DNA from: Vicugna vicugna
Taxonomy: Eukaryota
Direction of reading: 5' to 3'
Length of the DNA stretch: 64,000 nt
Assembly (NCBI GenBank): GCA_013265495.1
Contig: MU058540.1
Location: 519,696-583,695 of the forward strand
This document shows, in pieces, positions 1 to 12,515 of the stretch (positions are counted from its first letter, which is position 1; every line of letters starts with the position of its first letter). The notes under the pieces were generated by a model. The model did not search any database. It saw only the letters and a list, made by a program, of their open reading frames with translations, and was not told where the DNA came from. Both the position numbers and the translations under genes were made by a program.

Positions 1-480
1 GAGGATGGCGCTGGTTCATTACACAGCCGCTCCCTAATTATCGGAAGGAGGACTGCCTTCTGATCTTGCTATCAAGAAGACTTTAACTTTTCTAAAGCAA
101 TTTGTTAGTTTTTGACCTATAGACCTTTCGAGTTTTGAATTCAAGTGGACTTGGCTGCTAGAAAGCTTAAAGCAAATCTTTCCAGTCAAGGGTATACGAC
201 TTTAGTTTGTGTGTTTTTCTGTATTGCTGACCCCATTCCTGGCCCCTTCTCACTTTGCTCTTTGTTTTCCTTCCCTATACCCTATATTTCTTGTTTGTTT
301 TAAATGTATTTTATCTTGTTCTTTGGTTTAGGCCATCTTAAATCCTTTTGCTCTTAAAAAAATAATCCTTTTGGACACAAGATTGTATATAAAGGAATAA
401 ATAAAATTGCTCAACTATTTCCTTACTTTGAAATAATCAGTCCTAATATTTAGCTATTTGAAATTTTGTCACAAACGAAC

Positions 481-993
481 TTTTTTTTTAATGAAGTATA
501 GTTGATTTACAATGTTGTGTTAGTTTCTGTTGTATAGCATAGTGATTCAGTTATACATATATATTCTTTTTAAAATTCTTTTCCATTACAGTTTATTACA
601 AGATATTGAATATAGTTCCCTGTGCTACACAGTAGGACCTTGTTGTTTATCTATTTTATATACAGAGTTTGTATCTGCTAATCCCAAACTCCTAATCTAT
701 CCCTCCCCACCCCTTTCCCCTTTGGTAACCATAAGTTTGTTTTCTATGTCTGTGAGTTTATTTCTGTTTTATAAATAAGTTCATTTATAGTATATTTTAA
801 ATTCCGCATATAAGTGATATCATATGATATTTGTCTTTCTCTGTCTGACTTACTTAATATGATAATCTCTAGGTCCATCCAGCATTTGCAGTACTACAAA
901 TGGCATTATTCCATTCTTTTTCATCACTGAGTAGTATTCCATTGTGTCTATATACCACATCTTCTTTATCCAGTCATCTGTCGATGGACATTT
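481..993 (-). mobile_element. 5'-truncated LINE-1 (3' UTR plus end of ORF2), antisense
   Basis: Starts with poly(T), then typical artiodactyl L1 3'-end sequence (gaagtatagttgatttacaatgttgtgttagtttct ... gagtagtattccattgtg ... gatggacattt). Flanked by a near-perfect target-site duplication acaaa(c/t)gaac at 471-480 and 994-1003. Confidence 0.85.
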
Positions 994-3380
994 ACAAATG
1001 AACATTTTTGACCATGAAGTATTTTTTCTATTTAGATTTTTCTGTAAGCCAAACTTCTAGAAAATACTGGATCAAGAGAAAGGATATTCAGTGAGTATTT
1101 CTTGATGCTTGTGGATGCTGTGGGGTTTAGAGAAGATACTGGGGTTAGAGTGGGGAGCAGATATCTAGCATTTATTGAGGGTTTACTCTGTGCCAAGTAC
1201 TTGCTAAACTGCTCACATGAGTCCTGCTCTCAAAGTGCTCAGGCAAAATGTGCATTCTTATGAAAGTTAAATAACCATAAAAGACAGGGTCCAGTGAAAG
1301 AGTTCCTAGTAATGAGGGCTGTCACAGATCAAGGAAGGAAAACGTTGTGAGATGGAGGTAGTCTGCTGCCAAGGAAGCAGATATCCTTTCTGCACATCTG
1401 AGAGCAGAGAGGACTATTTGTAGTTGCTTATGCTTAATTCATTTTCAATTAATTAATGTTGTAAATTTGCAAACAAATTTTCTCAAGTTTTTCAGTTTAA
1501 CTTGCATAACTTTGGTGTTCCATTTAGACATCTTGTAGTTTTTATATAAAAATAAGAGCAATAACTTGTTCCTTGATTAATGTTCAGTTAGCCCATGGGC
1601 TTGACATATTAAATTTGCTTGAACATTACTCATGCCATTTACAAAGTTAGTTAATTAAATTCTCTTAAATATTTAAACTACATTTACAAATTTAATATAC
1701 TTGATTTTTTTCTAGCACTTCAGATTCCTCATAGGGCAGATTTACAAGTCAAACAAGAAAAAAAATCTTCCTAAGCATGTAAAGGACTCATAAACCTAAT
1801 TATTCAAGCTTCTAAATGTGGTAAATCAAGTTATCTTCAAGATTTCAATACGTTTACAAATGTAATCAAATTATCTTATACCTTTCAGCTTCAAATCACA
1901 ACTCTAAAATAAATGACACAAATCCATTTGAAATCACAAGATTAATCTGTCAGATTCTCTAATATGCCAAATTCTCTTAAAAATTATAGACACATTTAAA
2001 AACAAACACACAGAGACTATCTCAGCCTTCCCAAATCTTTTCCCTAACATTTACACGAAAGAAGTAGCATCATAGATTTGTTTTTATTTAGTCATTTCTA
2101 TTTTCCATCCCAAGGTGGTAGAATAAAATACTTTCTGTTCATATTTTTCTTGCCACAGTTCTACAACCATCTTATTGATTTGCCCCTACAACTAGAGAAA
2201 AGTCAGATAAATTACCTTTTTAAATGTAAACTTAGATTTAAACAAAACCAGTACAGTATATATATTATTTTATCTATGTGAAGAAAAAATAATTATGATA
2301 GAGTGAATGATGCAACTATTATTTTTACTATCATGTTCTCCTTCTGTAGTATACTTTTTTCTTTTACCTATATATTTTTTTGCTTCATCTATAAAATGGG
2401 CATACTAATTTCTATCTTAGACAGCTGTACAGCCAAACAAGATGTCTGTCATAAGCATAATACCTCAACACATATTTATTTCTTCTTTTCTCCTTTCCTG
2501 TGTCACAACTTTTTCCCCCAAACTCAGATAAATGTTGATTCCAGGGCCTCTTCTTTTTCCAAATGTAAGGCAGGGCTGTGTGTTCATATCCGGAAGGCAG
2601 ATTTGTAAAAAGGAAGAAAATGTCCTTCTCCACGGAGGCACCCCCTCCTTACTCTGATCCCTCCACCACCCACAGTGGGATTTTGAGATGATTTACTGCT
2701 TTTAAAAACAGAAATAGTGTGCATACATGTGTTTTGGAGTTAAAGGATATGTGGAGGATTCTAAGAAAAATAAACATTTTAAGAAGAAAATATAGTTAAT
2801 TATCTGATCGATGATTTAAATCAACTCCGTTTAGAGCAATCTGGTTTCTCAGAGAAAAGAAAAATTAGCCAATCAATCAGTCAGTAATAATTTGTGATAG
2901 ATTGATTACATTCATGATCCCAATTTTTGACCTCTGTCTATATCCACACCCTTTGCCCTGTATTTCTCAAAAAAGAAATAGAGCCTATTTCCCTACCCCT
3001 TACATCTAGACTTGGCCAGGTAACTGGCCATGGCAAATAGGATTTTAGCAGGCTTGAGGCCAGCAGAAGATTATACAAGTGCTTTTGTGTTTGCATTTTC
3101 TCTCTTACTCTTCTGCAATTGCTATAAGAACATGCCCAGTCTAGCTTGAGAACACGTCTGGGCTAGCTGGGGGGATGTGACAGAGACACAGGAGGAAGAG
3201 CCAGGTTGTCCCAGTAGATGTCATACCAGACCAGTCAACCCCTACCTAGACCTTTTGACTAACTAAAGATTCATGAGCAAGTTCAATCTAAGTCAGCAGA
3301 ACTGCTCAGTTAACCACTGGTTGTAGGAAATAATCCATGACTATTGTTTTAAATCACTAAGGTTTGGAGTTATTATACAA

Positions 3381-3785
3381 TGTTGGGCTGCACCTCCCAA
3401 GTCTCCAAGACTGAATTAAGAGCCCAGAGTCAGCAACAGAGACATCAGTGGTTTAACGGATGGGGGAGCTTCCATGTCTGAAATAAGGTCCTAGAGCAAC
3501 ACCCCACCATGTGCAGGGGATGGTGGGCAGGACATGGTGGCAGTCTTTGCTCCCAGGAATAGGGGGAAGTTAGCAGTTATAGGGGGAATTGATGTCAGGT
3601 TAACTCATTTGTTACCAGGGAAACCAGCAGAGGGGCACACCACTCACCACCCCTCTGATAAGAATAATCACTAGCTGGGGCCTGAGGCAAGTATGTAGGA
3701 AGGTCAGTCCTGTGAGTTGGGTGGCACTAGTGGAGCAGGGGATATACAGAGAGCCAGAGAACTGCCACCTTGAGTAGCCTGACCA
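3381..3785. mobile_element. Solo ERV LTR inserted into the 3' end of the MaLR 5' LTR
   Basis: TG...CA termini; imperfect flanking duplication tacaa/tacac; MLT1 LTR sequence resumes after it. Confidence 0.55.
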
Positions 3786-4046
3786 TACACGCAGTAGTAG
3801 TTAACAGATACAGAAATCGGTACTAGAAATGGGGTGCCACCTTAACAAAACCCTAAAATATTTGGCTTTGACTTTGGGTAAGGGTGGCAGGGGAGGCTGA
3901 AAAAGTTGGGAAAGTGTTAAAGAAGGGGAAATGGTGACTAGTGTATATAGTGGCAAACAGTTAACTGTCCTCTGTGACAGAAAATGTATCTAGTGAACTT
4001 GTAGACTTGAGCAAAGAAATTTCCAGGCAGAATGTTGAAAATGTCA

Positions 4047-4686
4047 GTTACCTGAAAACTGGGTTCCCTCTTGGTGGGAGATGATCCAAAATACACAGCC
4101 AAGCCAAAGATCTAGAAAAGGAAGGATTTATTACTTGCAGCAAGTAAGGAGAACACTGGGGATCTTTCCCAAAGCAGTTGTCTTCCTGAATGGCAAAATT
4201 GGGGAAGTTTTAAGCGGAGAGTACATCATGAAGGGGTCTGGGCAGAGGAGAATTCAGTATAAAATTGGGGCAAAGGTCAAAAGAGTCCAGGCTCCAGTTG
4301 ATTGGAGTCACAAAGATCAGAAAAGGTCAACATCATTCCTTGGGTTCCGGTTGATGCACTGGTTGAGTGCTCCAGGGGTTTGAATTCTGCAAAACAGCTC
4401 AAGAATGTGCTTCAGGCTAATCTTTACCATTGAAACAGAACTGGGAATCTTTACAACTGATTTATTATCTTTGTTATTGTTAGGTTATCTCTCTGGCCCA
4501 GTAATAGTGGTTTGTTTTTATCTTCTTTTGTTCCCTTAAAGTCATTCACCACTGAGACCTATTCTTCTGCAAGGGCAAGTATGGTGGCCAGGCTTAGATC
4601 ACAAAGTGGCTTAGGCTTCTCTGACATTGAAAAAGTTATGTCTGGTTTTCTTCCTTTGGGGACCCCTCCTACCCCATCTGCTTACA
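4047..4686 (-). mobile_element. Solo ERV1-like LTR inside the MaLR internal region
   Basis: Interrupts MLT-internal sequence; minus-strand AATAAA (tttatt 4127-4132) lies near one end; right boundary ...cttaca. No clear TSD, left boundary approximate. Confidence 0.55.
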
Positions 4687-5080
4687 CTATCTGTGTTTGA
4701 TAAAGGTTTAAAGAAACAGATGAGTTAATGGAAGAACTAGTTAAGTTGTAACCAGAATTTGGAGGAAATGTAAAGGGGAGCAGAATTTTCCGGATTGCAA
4801 AATAAAACTATTTCTCATTCCCAGCCTACTAGGTCAGTAAAAGATCATCAAAGTAAGAAATGGCCTCAAATGTGTGGCTGAAGACTGAAAAAAAATCAAG
4901 GCAATGCCTAGTCCACCCTCTCAGTTGGACAAAAGGGCTTCTAGGAATTTTAAGGAATTACTCCCATAGCACCCTAGTCAACAGAGAAGCAAGTCCCAAG
5001 AGAATTTTGGGTGTGGCACTTGATGCATGAAGCAGTGTCCAATCAGATATACAGAATAATTCCAAAGATTTTAAGGGTAT

Positions 5081-5701
5081 TGATACAGTAGGGAAGGGGG
5101 CAGGGCACAACCATTAAAGGAATGACACAGCAATTGAAGATTAGACTCTCAGTAGACCTTGAGGCCCAAGACAGCAGAAGATTTGAACTTCCAGTAGACC
5201 TTGAGCTTCATTATACACTCAGTATAATATATTAGCATGGTGAATGATACACCCACAGGTGCCCAGACAGTATGGAGGCTAACTGTAAAAGGTCAAAAAG
5301 TGGGCAGTGACCAGGTTCCTGGGAATCCCAGCCCCTTCCCCAAAGTACTTGGAATAATCCTCCCACTTGTTAGCTTATCAAGTTACTTAGCCCATAAAAA
5401 CTAACACCACCACACCCCGAGGGACTCTCGCTCTCCCTTGCCTTCTGAGATGACTCACACTCAGTCTAGTGGGTGTCTACTTTTACTTAAACCACCCCCT
5501 GACACCTCATGGCCTCTCTGGCCTTCTGAGACAGCCTGCATTCTATCTATGGAATGTGCATCTCTCTGAATAAATTTAGTTTTACTCAACTCTTGAATTT
5601 TTTCCTGTGTGAAGCCAAGGACCCTTACTTGGGGCGCATCCCAGGGACTCGCCCAAGACCTAGGACAAGGCCATCCTCTTACACCCCATTTTCCTGTATC
5701 A
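5081..5701 (+). mobile_element. Solo ERV1-like LTR
   Basis: Perfect 8-bp terminal inverted repeat TGATACAG...CTGTATCA; 4-bp flanks gtat/atat; AATAAA at 5569-5574. Confidence 0.75.
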
Positions 5702-5768
5702 ATATGGTACCCCCAAATCACTGCTAGTCTAGACTCACTGCAAAGGGCTGAGACTATTCAACTTGTAC

Positions 5769-6700
5769 TGTGAAAGAAAATTCACATTTTGTGGCAAGAC
5801 AAGAAAAATTTAAGCATGAGAAATTCTTCTCTGCCCTCTGGCTTCCTCTCTCTCTTCTACTGTGCATTGTGTATCTGCATTATGCATCGACCAAACCTCT
5901 CCCATCGGCAGGAATACCTACCAAGACTACTTAGTGTGGGGCCAACTGACGTTCTTCAGAGTCCCACGACCTTAATTCCTGGGCTCTCAGATGTCTGACA
6001 TTCTTTGCTGGGCGTGTTTTCCCTAGCAAACTGATAGCCCCAGGTAATGCCTACCTTATCAGAGTCATAGAGCCCACCGCCCTTCACAGACCCTACACCA
6101 CTTACCTCACCTACAATCAATCAGAGACTTGTGCACCTTGTGACCCCACCTTATGAAACACCCCAACAACTGGCCCTCAGTGCTCACACAGCACCTCTTG
6201 CCTGTGTGGCCCGCTGTTGCTTATAGCAGCAGAACTGCTTAACTTTTCCCCTGTTCTTCGCCTCGGGGCTCACACAGGCACCTCTCATCTGTGTGGCCCA
6301 CTCTTGTCTATAGCAGCATACCCCTAATAAACAGCTTTTCTATTCTCATACTTTATCTGGTAAATTCTTTTACCAACCCATGCATTACCATCTCACCAAC
6401 CAGGTCACCCTGTTGTGGCCCACAACACTTAGAAGATAATATTCCTTCTTGATCTTGTAAGGGGTCACATGACCACCAGGATGATATTTAGATCTGGATT
6501 ATGTAAACTGTCAATAATACATCATTTGATGTACAGCCTCCTATCTCAAAAAACTTAGATAACCATGTCTTGATTTCTAATGGGTGGAACAGTTCTCAGA
6601 GCTTTCTAAGATGCTCTTCCTGGGTTATGATCCTCAAATTTGGCTCAAATAAAATTTTCCATTTCTTGCTTATATTGACTTACTGATTCTTTTGTGGACA
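5769..6700 (+). mobile_element. Solo ERV1-like LTR, itself interrupted by another LTR
   Basis: TGT...ACA termini; perfect 4-bp TSD GTAC (5765-5768 and 6701-6704); AATAAA at 6648-6653. Confidence 0.8.
5935..6427 (+). mobile_element. Solo LTR (493 bp) nested in the previous LTR
   Basis: TGTGGGGCCA...TGGCCCACAACA termini; perfect 5-bp TSD CTTAG (5930-5934 and 6428-6432); AATAAA at 6326-6331. Confidence 0.85.
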
Positions 6701-7607
6701 GTACAGAGGCCTCTGGGCTGCCTACTTTCCATCAGGAGAAAGCAAGCTGAGAAAAATTTTCAGCTACCATTAACGGGTTGTTTCTTCAGATGAAGCCAAA
6801 GAACGTGATGAGAAAGGAAAGATGCCTCAGACTAGGGTGAGCCAAAAGCCATGGAGAATAGTGGGTTGAGGAGCTGATTGGGGAGCAACTCTGTGGGAGC
6901 AGAACCAGGTCTAATCAGGGAGTATTCCCCATCCGCAGAGTAGGGGAACCTGGCTGGACTTGCCCAGCTGATTTCAGAAGTGTTCTGGACAGTGACTGCC
7001 ATAGGTCTACTATTCTTCATAATTCTTTCTCAGGTGAGTGTCTATTGTGGTTATTCTGTCTCTGGCTCACCATTGTATTTTGGGGTGTGTTGGGTAAATA
7101 ACTTACCTTTTTTAAATCATAGGTATTTCATTCGAAAGCCACAGTCAGACCTAATGTAGGTTACAAGATCCTGGACTTTGAGCCTAATGTCAGGATTGGA
7201 TGAATCTTTTGGGGGTCCTAAAATGGGGATGAGCATGTTTTGCCTGGAGGGAGAACAGAAATAATTGTGGTTAGAGGACAGATTGGTAGATTGATTGCTT
7301 TGATAGCTCCAATTCTTCACCCTTCCCTATGTCTACACCCTTTGTCCTGTGAACTTGCAATTTCTTTCATAACAGGAGCAGAGTCTATTTCCTCACCCTC
7401 TTGAAGAGTCTGAGTTTAACCATGTGACTGGCTTTGGCCATTACAATAATGTTAGCTGACTTGATATAAGCAGAGGTTAGAAAAAGTATATGTTTCTGCT
7501 ACTTCTCTTGCTTCTCTGTGATCGCCATGAGAACATGCCCAAAACATGCCCAGCTTCACCTGCTGGAGGGATGTGAATGACACATGGAGGAAAGCCGAGT
7601 TGTCCAG

Positions 7608-7740
7608 CAATTGGCATCTGAGGTCAGGGGTGAGGGAGCCAGGGTAGTCTTCAGGGACTAAGCCCTTAACTTGTGGGATGTGGTGCTGACTCCTAGATAA
7701 GTGTCAGAATTGACTTAAATTGTAGGACACTCAGCTTTAT
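7608..7740 (+). mobile_element. MER21-like LTR fragment
   Basis: attggcatctgagg...gggactaagcccttaacttgtgggat...gtgtcagaattgac...tgtaggacactcagct resembles the MER21 3' part as recalled. Confidence 0.55.
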
Positions 7741-9959
7741 TGGAAAAGAGAAAAGAATGAGGTCAATAAGAAGCAGCTGTGGGCCCCCAACCACCTTCGT
7801 CTCATCCCGCGGAGACAAGCCAGGCCAGTGGTAGCCGGGCCTGCTTTACAGTGTGCATTCCAGCTGGATCCCTCACCCTGCCTTTGTATGGAGCTGGCAT
7901 GAGAAAGCAGCCTTCTCAATGAAGGAATACCTGGCTGCTTGGCACCATGCAGTCTGGATTTGGGGTGCCAGCCCATTATAGGAATTGTCTGAGGCTGCCA
8001 GTAACTGGACTTCTCAGGCCTGTGGAGATTACTGTATCCCCAGCTGGCCAAGGATTAGGGCACAGAATACTGGGAATAGTCCCCAGTCCCATGGTAAGCT
8101 GAGTTTGGGTGTGTCCCCCTCACCAGGAAAAGGAAGGGGGCACTATTCCTAGCCGCCCATTGTTCAGGCCACCCAAGGTCATGTGAGAACAATCTTGTCC
8201 CTTATACTACACAACACAACCGGGGAGATTCCCCCCATTCCTCTACCAGAATAGCATTTGGCTTTCAGCCTGCACTCAGCCCTTCTCACATACAGCAGTG
8301 TTATTCAGGTTCCTGGAAATCTCATTCTTTTTCAGCAGACATGGAAACCCACATCCCTAAGCCCAGCCCAATGCCTCCCTTGCACTCTGATTCATAACAT
8401 CCACAATTCAGAAATGCTGGACAAATTCACCCTGGTGTGGTCCTCCTGAGAATTACACAAGAAAATGTTCTCATTCCTGAAAAAGCCTAACCATCTGCCG
8501 GAAATGAACTGGAGAAGTTGCTCTCAGTAGGGTCAGAGATTAGATTAGAGAAGGGTCGGGTCAAAACACGAGAAGACTGGTGAGCCCAGCTTTTCTGCAG
8601 CCAATCATCACAAAAATGTGTGCCATGCACTTTGCAAAGTAGGTTCACTGCGAGATGCGATGCAGCAGACAACTTTGAAGAACTGTGTTCTTAGCCAAAG
8701 TTGGAAAAATTTGAGGTGTTGGGCACCAGGAATGATTCCAAGATTGCAAAGTAATAGTTGAGATAAATGGAGCTGAGAGGTATATTCATTTCCATGTTGA
8801 TTTCAACAACAGATGCCCACTCAAATGTTATCCCCACCCCCACGTACACAAGCACACTCACATCCTCACAGGCATCCATTTAGTGCCTGCCTGGATCCAT
8901 TGCCAAATCCCATACTTCAGGTGGAGGGAGGTTCTGTGGCTTTCGTTTCTCTAGCTATTGACTTTTCTCAGAAAAGTCCAGTTTCTGCCCACATTAGTCC
9001 ATCACCTGATCTTCGTCATGTGAGGCTGCTCCTCTACTGGATCAATTTTCCATCGATCTGCTTCCAGGAACATGCTCAGTAGGCCAGATCACTGCTTTTC
9101 TTACTGTCTGGTGGGCTGAATCCCTTCTCTCCCCACATCTTTTATATCCCAGTAATTTGGTGTTCACCTTTTTAACATGTCCAGCAACCGATGACCACTT
9201 TCCATAAACTGGGTTTTGCTGATTTCCTGGTGCTTGACATTTAGATACCTCCAGCAATCTTTGGTAACTCCATTCTCTCTCTCTCTGTCTCTTTCTCACA
9301 CACATACATCTGTTCTGTTTAGACAGAATTAAATCTGGATTTTTCTTTGGTTTGGGCATTTATATCTGCAGTGTGTAGGAGGAGGAGACAGTGGCTTTAT
9401 TTATCTTAATTAACTAATGAAATAATTTTATTTTAATGCTATTCAGATGGTTAGGTCATAAAAACTTATTCAAACAACTTACTGAATGGTTTGGGCAAAG
9501 GAAGGATTTTCTCATTTGAATGGACAGTGATCTAAAATAAACTTTCTTTTGAGGAGGTAAAACAGCAAACACATGAAGGTAAACTGCGAGGTAGGGGTGG
9601 GGAGGGGCTAGGTACAAGGCAGGGCAGATATTTGTACTGACCCTGCACAACTGAGCATGACACCTGAACACGCTCCTTCCCATGGCTGCACTGCTCCAGC
9701 TCAGTGGCATCACAGACTGAGGACTCTAGACCTCTTTGGAGGAGACGCAGCTGCAATATCAGAAGAACCACAAATTCTGAGAAGACTTTCATTTAACTTC
9801 CTTAATACCTGCAGAATCCATCTGCTCCCTGCACCCCCACAGCCTCTGCTTTACTCCGTCCCTCCTAACTTCTCACAACTGCCGAATGTACATAGATTTC
9901 TGTTTTGGAAACTTCATCCTGGCAGAATAGAAGTGAAGTGGAAGGGGCCGTGCTAGACA

Positions 9960-10620
9960 CAGGCCAAAACCTTTTGGGGGTTCCCCATGCCTTTCGGGTT
10001 AGCGGTCCAACGCCTTTCTCACAAGGGCAGAAGCCACGGCTGCTGCCACCGCCCGTCCGCTTCTCGGCCAGCCTCTCGCGGGGAGGAAGTGGGAGGTGCG
10101 CCCCGGAGGCCCCGCCCACGAGAGAGCACGCTTGCGCACTCGACGCAGCGACGGCCATCTTGGACTCGGGCAACCCGCCCACTTTCCGCGGACTTCAGAG
10201 GGGTCGCGCAGTTCCTTCCCGCGGGGGCAAGCTTCACCCCTTGGGGGCCCTGCGCTCAAAACCAACGGCCCCAGCCCCCACCCTTCCGTCCTCCACGTAA
10301 AACCGCGAGCCAGTATCCTGGTGGCAATTGCCAGCTCCCCACCCTTCCTACCTGGTGACTCTGGGCAGGTACCTCAGTTTCCTTATCTGTGAAGTGGGAA
10401 TTTGAGGCGTCCCCTCCCCTCCCCCAGGTCACCAGGTAAAACATCTACTGATTGGGCATGTATGGTAAGTTCTCAGCATAAAGACCGGCACATGGTGTGT
10501 TGCATAAGTGTTATCTACGTGCTTTTCTTTCAGGAGGCCTGTAGCTACCACCCTTCAGCCACCGCGGCTGCAGCGCCCATCCCGCACTCCCGCCCACGAC
10601 TGCGGTCTCTTCGAAGACCA
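9960..10620. promoter_or_regulatory. CpG island with clustered promoter motifs (ETS, GC box, NRF1-like, YY1)
   Basis: CpG-dense relative to its flanks; AGGAAGTG 10084-10091, GGCCCCGCCCA 10108-10118, CGCTTGCGCA 10129-10138, CGGCCATCTTGG 10152-10163. Confidence 0.65.
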
Positions 10621-11279
10621 AGTCAGGGGCCGGGGAATTGGCAAGATGCCCTCAGGGGAGTGAGAAAGAGTCTTTTAGGACTTGGATGTGACCACTTTGG
10701 AAGGGTGTCAGAAAACAGCAGACCAGGGTGCCCAGGACTGGAAAGACTTTGTAGATTTTGGAACATTAAACGCCCCCGTGCTTGTTATTTTTATCACCCC
10801 TGGCTGCGTCCCCATAGGGACTCCCATGCAGCACAAAACTCCTAGAATGAAAAACCCTGTGTGTGTGCTAGCTGTGGGGGACATCGGGAAGAGGGAGCCA
10901 GGACACTGTGTCCCAGGTAGAGCCAAGCATGGGGCAGAAGGGCTTTTAGGGCCCTGGAAGGGAGAGACATTCAGGCCAGGCCTTTGGGGGTTCCCAGGCA
11001 AGTGCAGCTGCTCCATCAGCTCTGCAGCCAGAGCCTAGCAGTTTAGGGACCCCTGACTTCCTGGAAACTTGCCTGGAACCCAGAGATGAGGGTCGTGCCT
11101 GGGAAAGGGGCTAGGGCCTTCTAGTGGGCTGGAGAAACACACTTAGCCCACTACAGGATTCTGGAGGCCCAAGATGAGACCTTATTCAGTAATAAACCAG
11201 GTGAAAGCCAGGCATGCCCAGCTTCCCCCAATCCAGCCTGATGGAGTGAAGGGTAGCAGAGGAGACAAAAATTACTAAG

Positions 11280-12515
11280 TGGGAATGGGGGGATTGCAGT
11301 TTATTTTCAGACACACTCAAAGGGTGGGAGGTGGTCAGCCGGCTCTGCCTGCATCCCCTCCCAGCTCTTGGCTTAATTAAGAACTCTCCCCTGACCTCCA
11401 AACCCCTAGGCTGTGCAAGATAGATGAGGCACTCCTACCCCACTCACAGGAGGGGCTTAGGTAGGTGTGGAGTGTAGAGACTCCACTAGGGGGGTAGAGT
11501 TCAAGTATTCACAGTTCTCCATCCATACCCCCAGATTACACTGTGCCCAGGCCATGAGGAAGGGTCCCAATCCTGGGGTTCATAGTGGTGTTAATAGCCC
11601 TTTTCTCACTCAGAAACCTCAGGATGAGCTCCCTACCCCTTTTCCCTGACAATAACAAACCACAGTCCTAAACCATAATGTCAGCACCCCACTCACCCAA
11701 GACCCCCACCTTCCTTATCTGGAGTGATGGGGTGGGGCGAGCTTCACTGGTAGTGAATGGAGCAGGAGCAAGTGGTAATAGGTGAGGGGAAGGGGGAAGA
11801 GGAGGATCTCAGAAGGCAGGCTTGGCAGGTGCTGATGAATAATTTCAGGCAGCTCTGGTCTGCACCCTGACTCCACTCATACCCTAGAATCCCTGAGAGT
11901 CCAACTGAAAGGCAATGGTGGGGGAGGAATGTGAGGGAGAGGAAGCTGGGCAGGACCTTGTCCCCACCAGTCCTGCCCTGGGGGACATGATGCTTAGGAA
12001 GTGCCAGGACTGGGTTCCAGGCCCAGTTCTCAAGCTCTTACCTTCCAGAATAGCTGAATCCTGGGGAGGGGGAGGGCTACTAACCCCCACACCCCAGACA
12101 TCCTGGCCTTGGGCAGAGTGGTAGGAATGGGGCTGGGGTGGGTGCGTCCTCCCAAGGGTATTATAAAAAGCTAAAACTGTTGATAATTCCTTGGGGAGAA
12201 GTGGCTCCCAGCCTCTTGTGTCCCCAAGTTATCAATGTCCCCAGTGCCCAGCAGACAGGGCACAGGGGGTCCCAGAGAGCTAAGGGAGGAGGCCACAGCC
12301 CCTCTCTGAGAGGGGGCCTATTAGCACCATGCAATGTTGGGGCAGCCTGCAGCCTGACAGATCTCTGGGCAGGGGCCCTCCAAAGTTGAAGTGTCGACTT
12401 GCTAAAGCTTCTGTACTCTTAATGAGGGGAACCCCGGCAGGGGAAGAGGTGAGGGGAGAAGGCTGGGCCGAAGTCCATGCAGGGGTCTCAGGATCCCCAA
12501 GGGCCCCTCTGGGAG
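11280..12515 (-). other. BAK1: BAK1 3' UTR with 8mer miRNA seed matches (miR-26, miR-27, miR-125, miR-29)
   Basis: Lies between the stop codon and the polyA signal; mRNA-sense UACUUGAA (11500-11507), ACUGUGAA (11508-11515), CUCAGGGA (11890-11897), UGGUGCUA (12322-12329). Confidence 0.75.
11300..11305 (-). terminator. BAK1: Probable BAK1 polyadenylation signal (AATAAA)
   Basis: tttatt on the + strand about 1.2 kb past the BAK1 stop; context gaaaataaactgcaatcccc resembles the recalled BAK1 mRNA end. Confidence 0.7.

Larger units (their letters stand above)
2893..7610 (+). mobile_element. Old ERVL-MaLR (MLT1-type) provirus: 5' LTR (~2893-3812, interrupted), internal region and 3' LTR (~7284-7610)
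   Basis: 2893-3240 and 7284-7610 are diverged direct repeats (tagattgatt, acaccctttg(c/t)cctgt, gag(c/t)ctatttcc, gaacatgccca). The 5' LTR ends in ...aacagataca and is followed by an MLT-internal-like start (gaaatcggtactagaaatggggtgcc). Subfamily not determined. Confidence 0.7.

Noticed and set aside
8450..8810. Coding-like base composition downstream of BAK1
   Set aside because: Stops in all plus frames I translated and no recognisable protein; possibly a decayed repeat or retrocopy, but unsupported.
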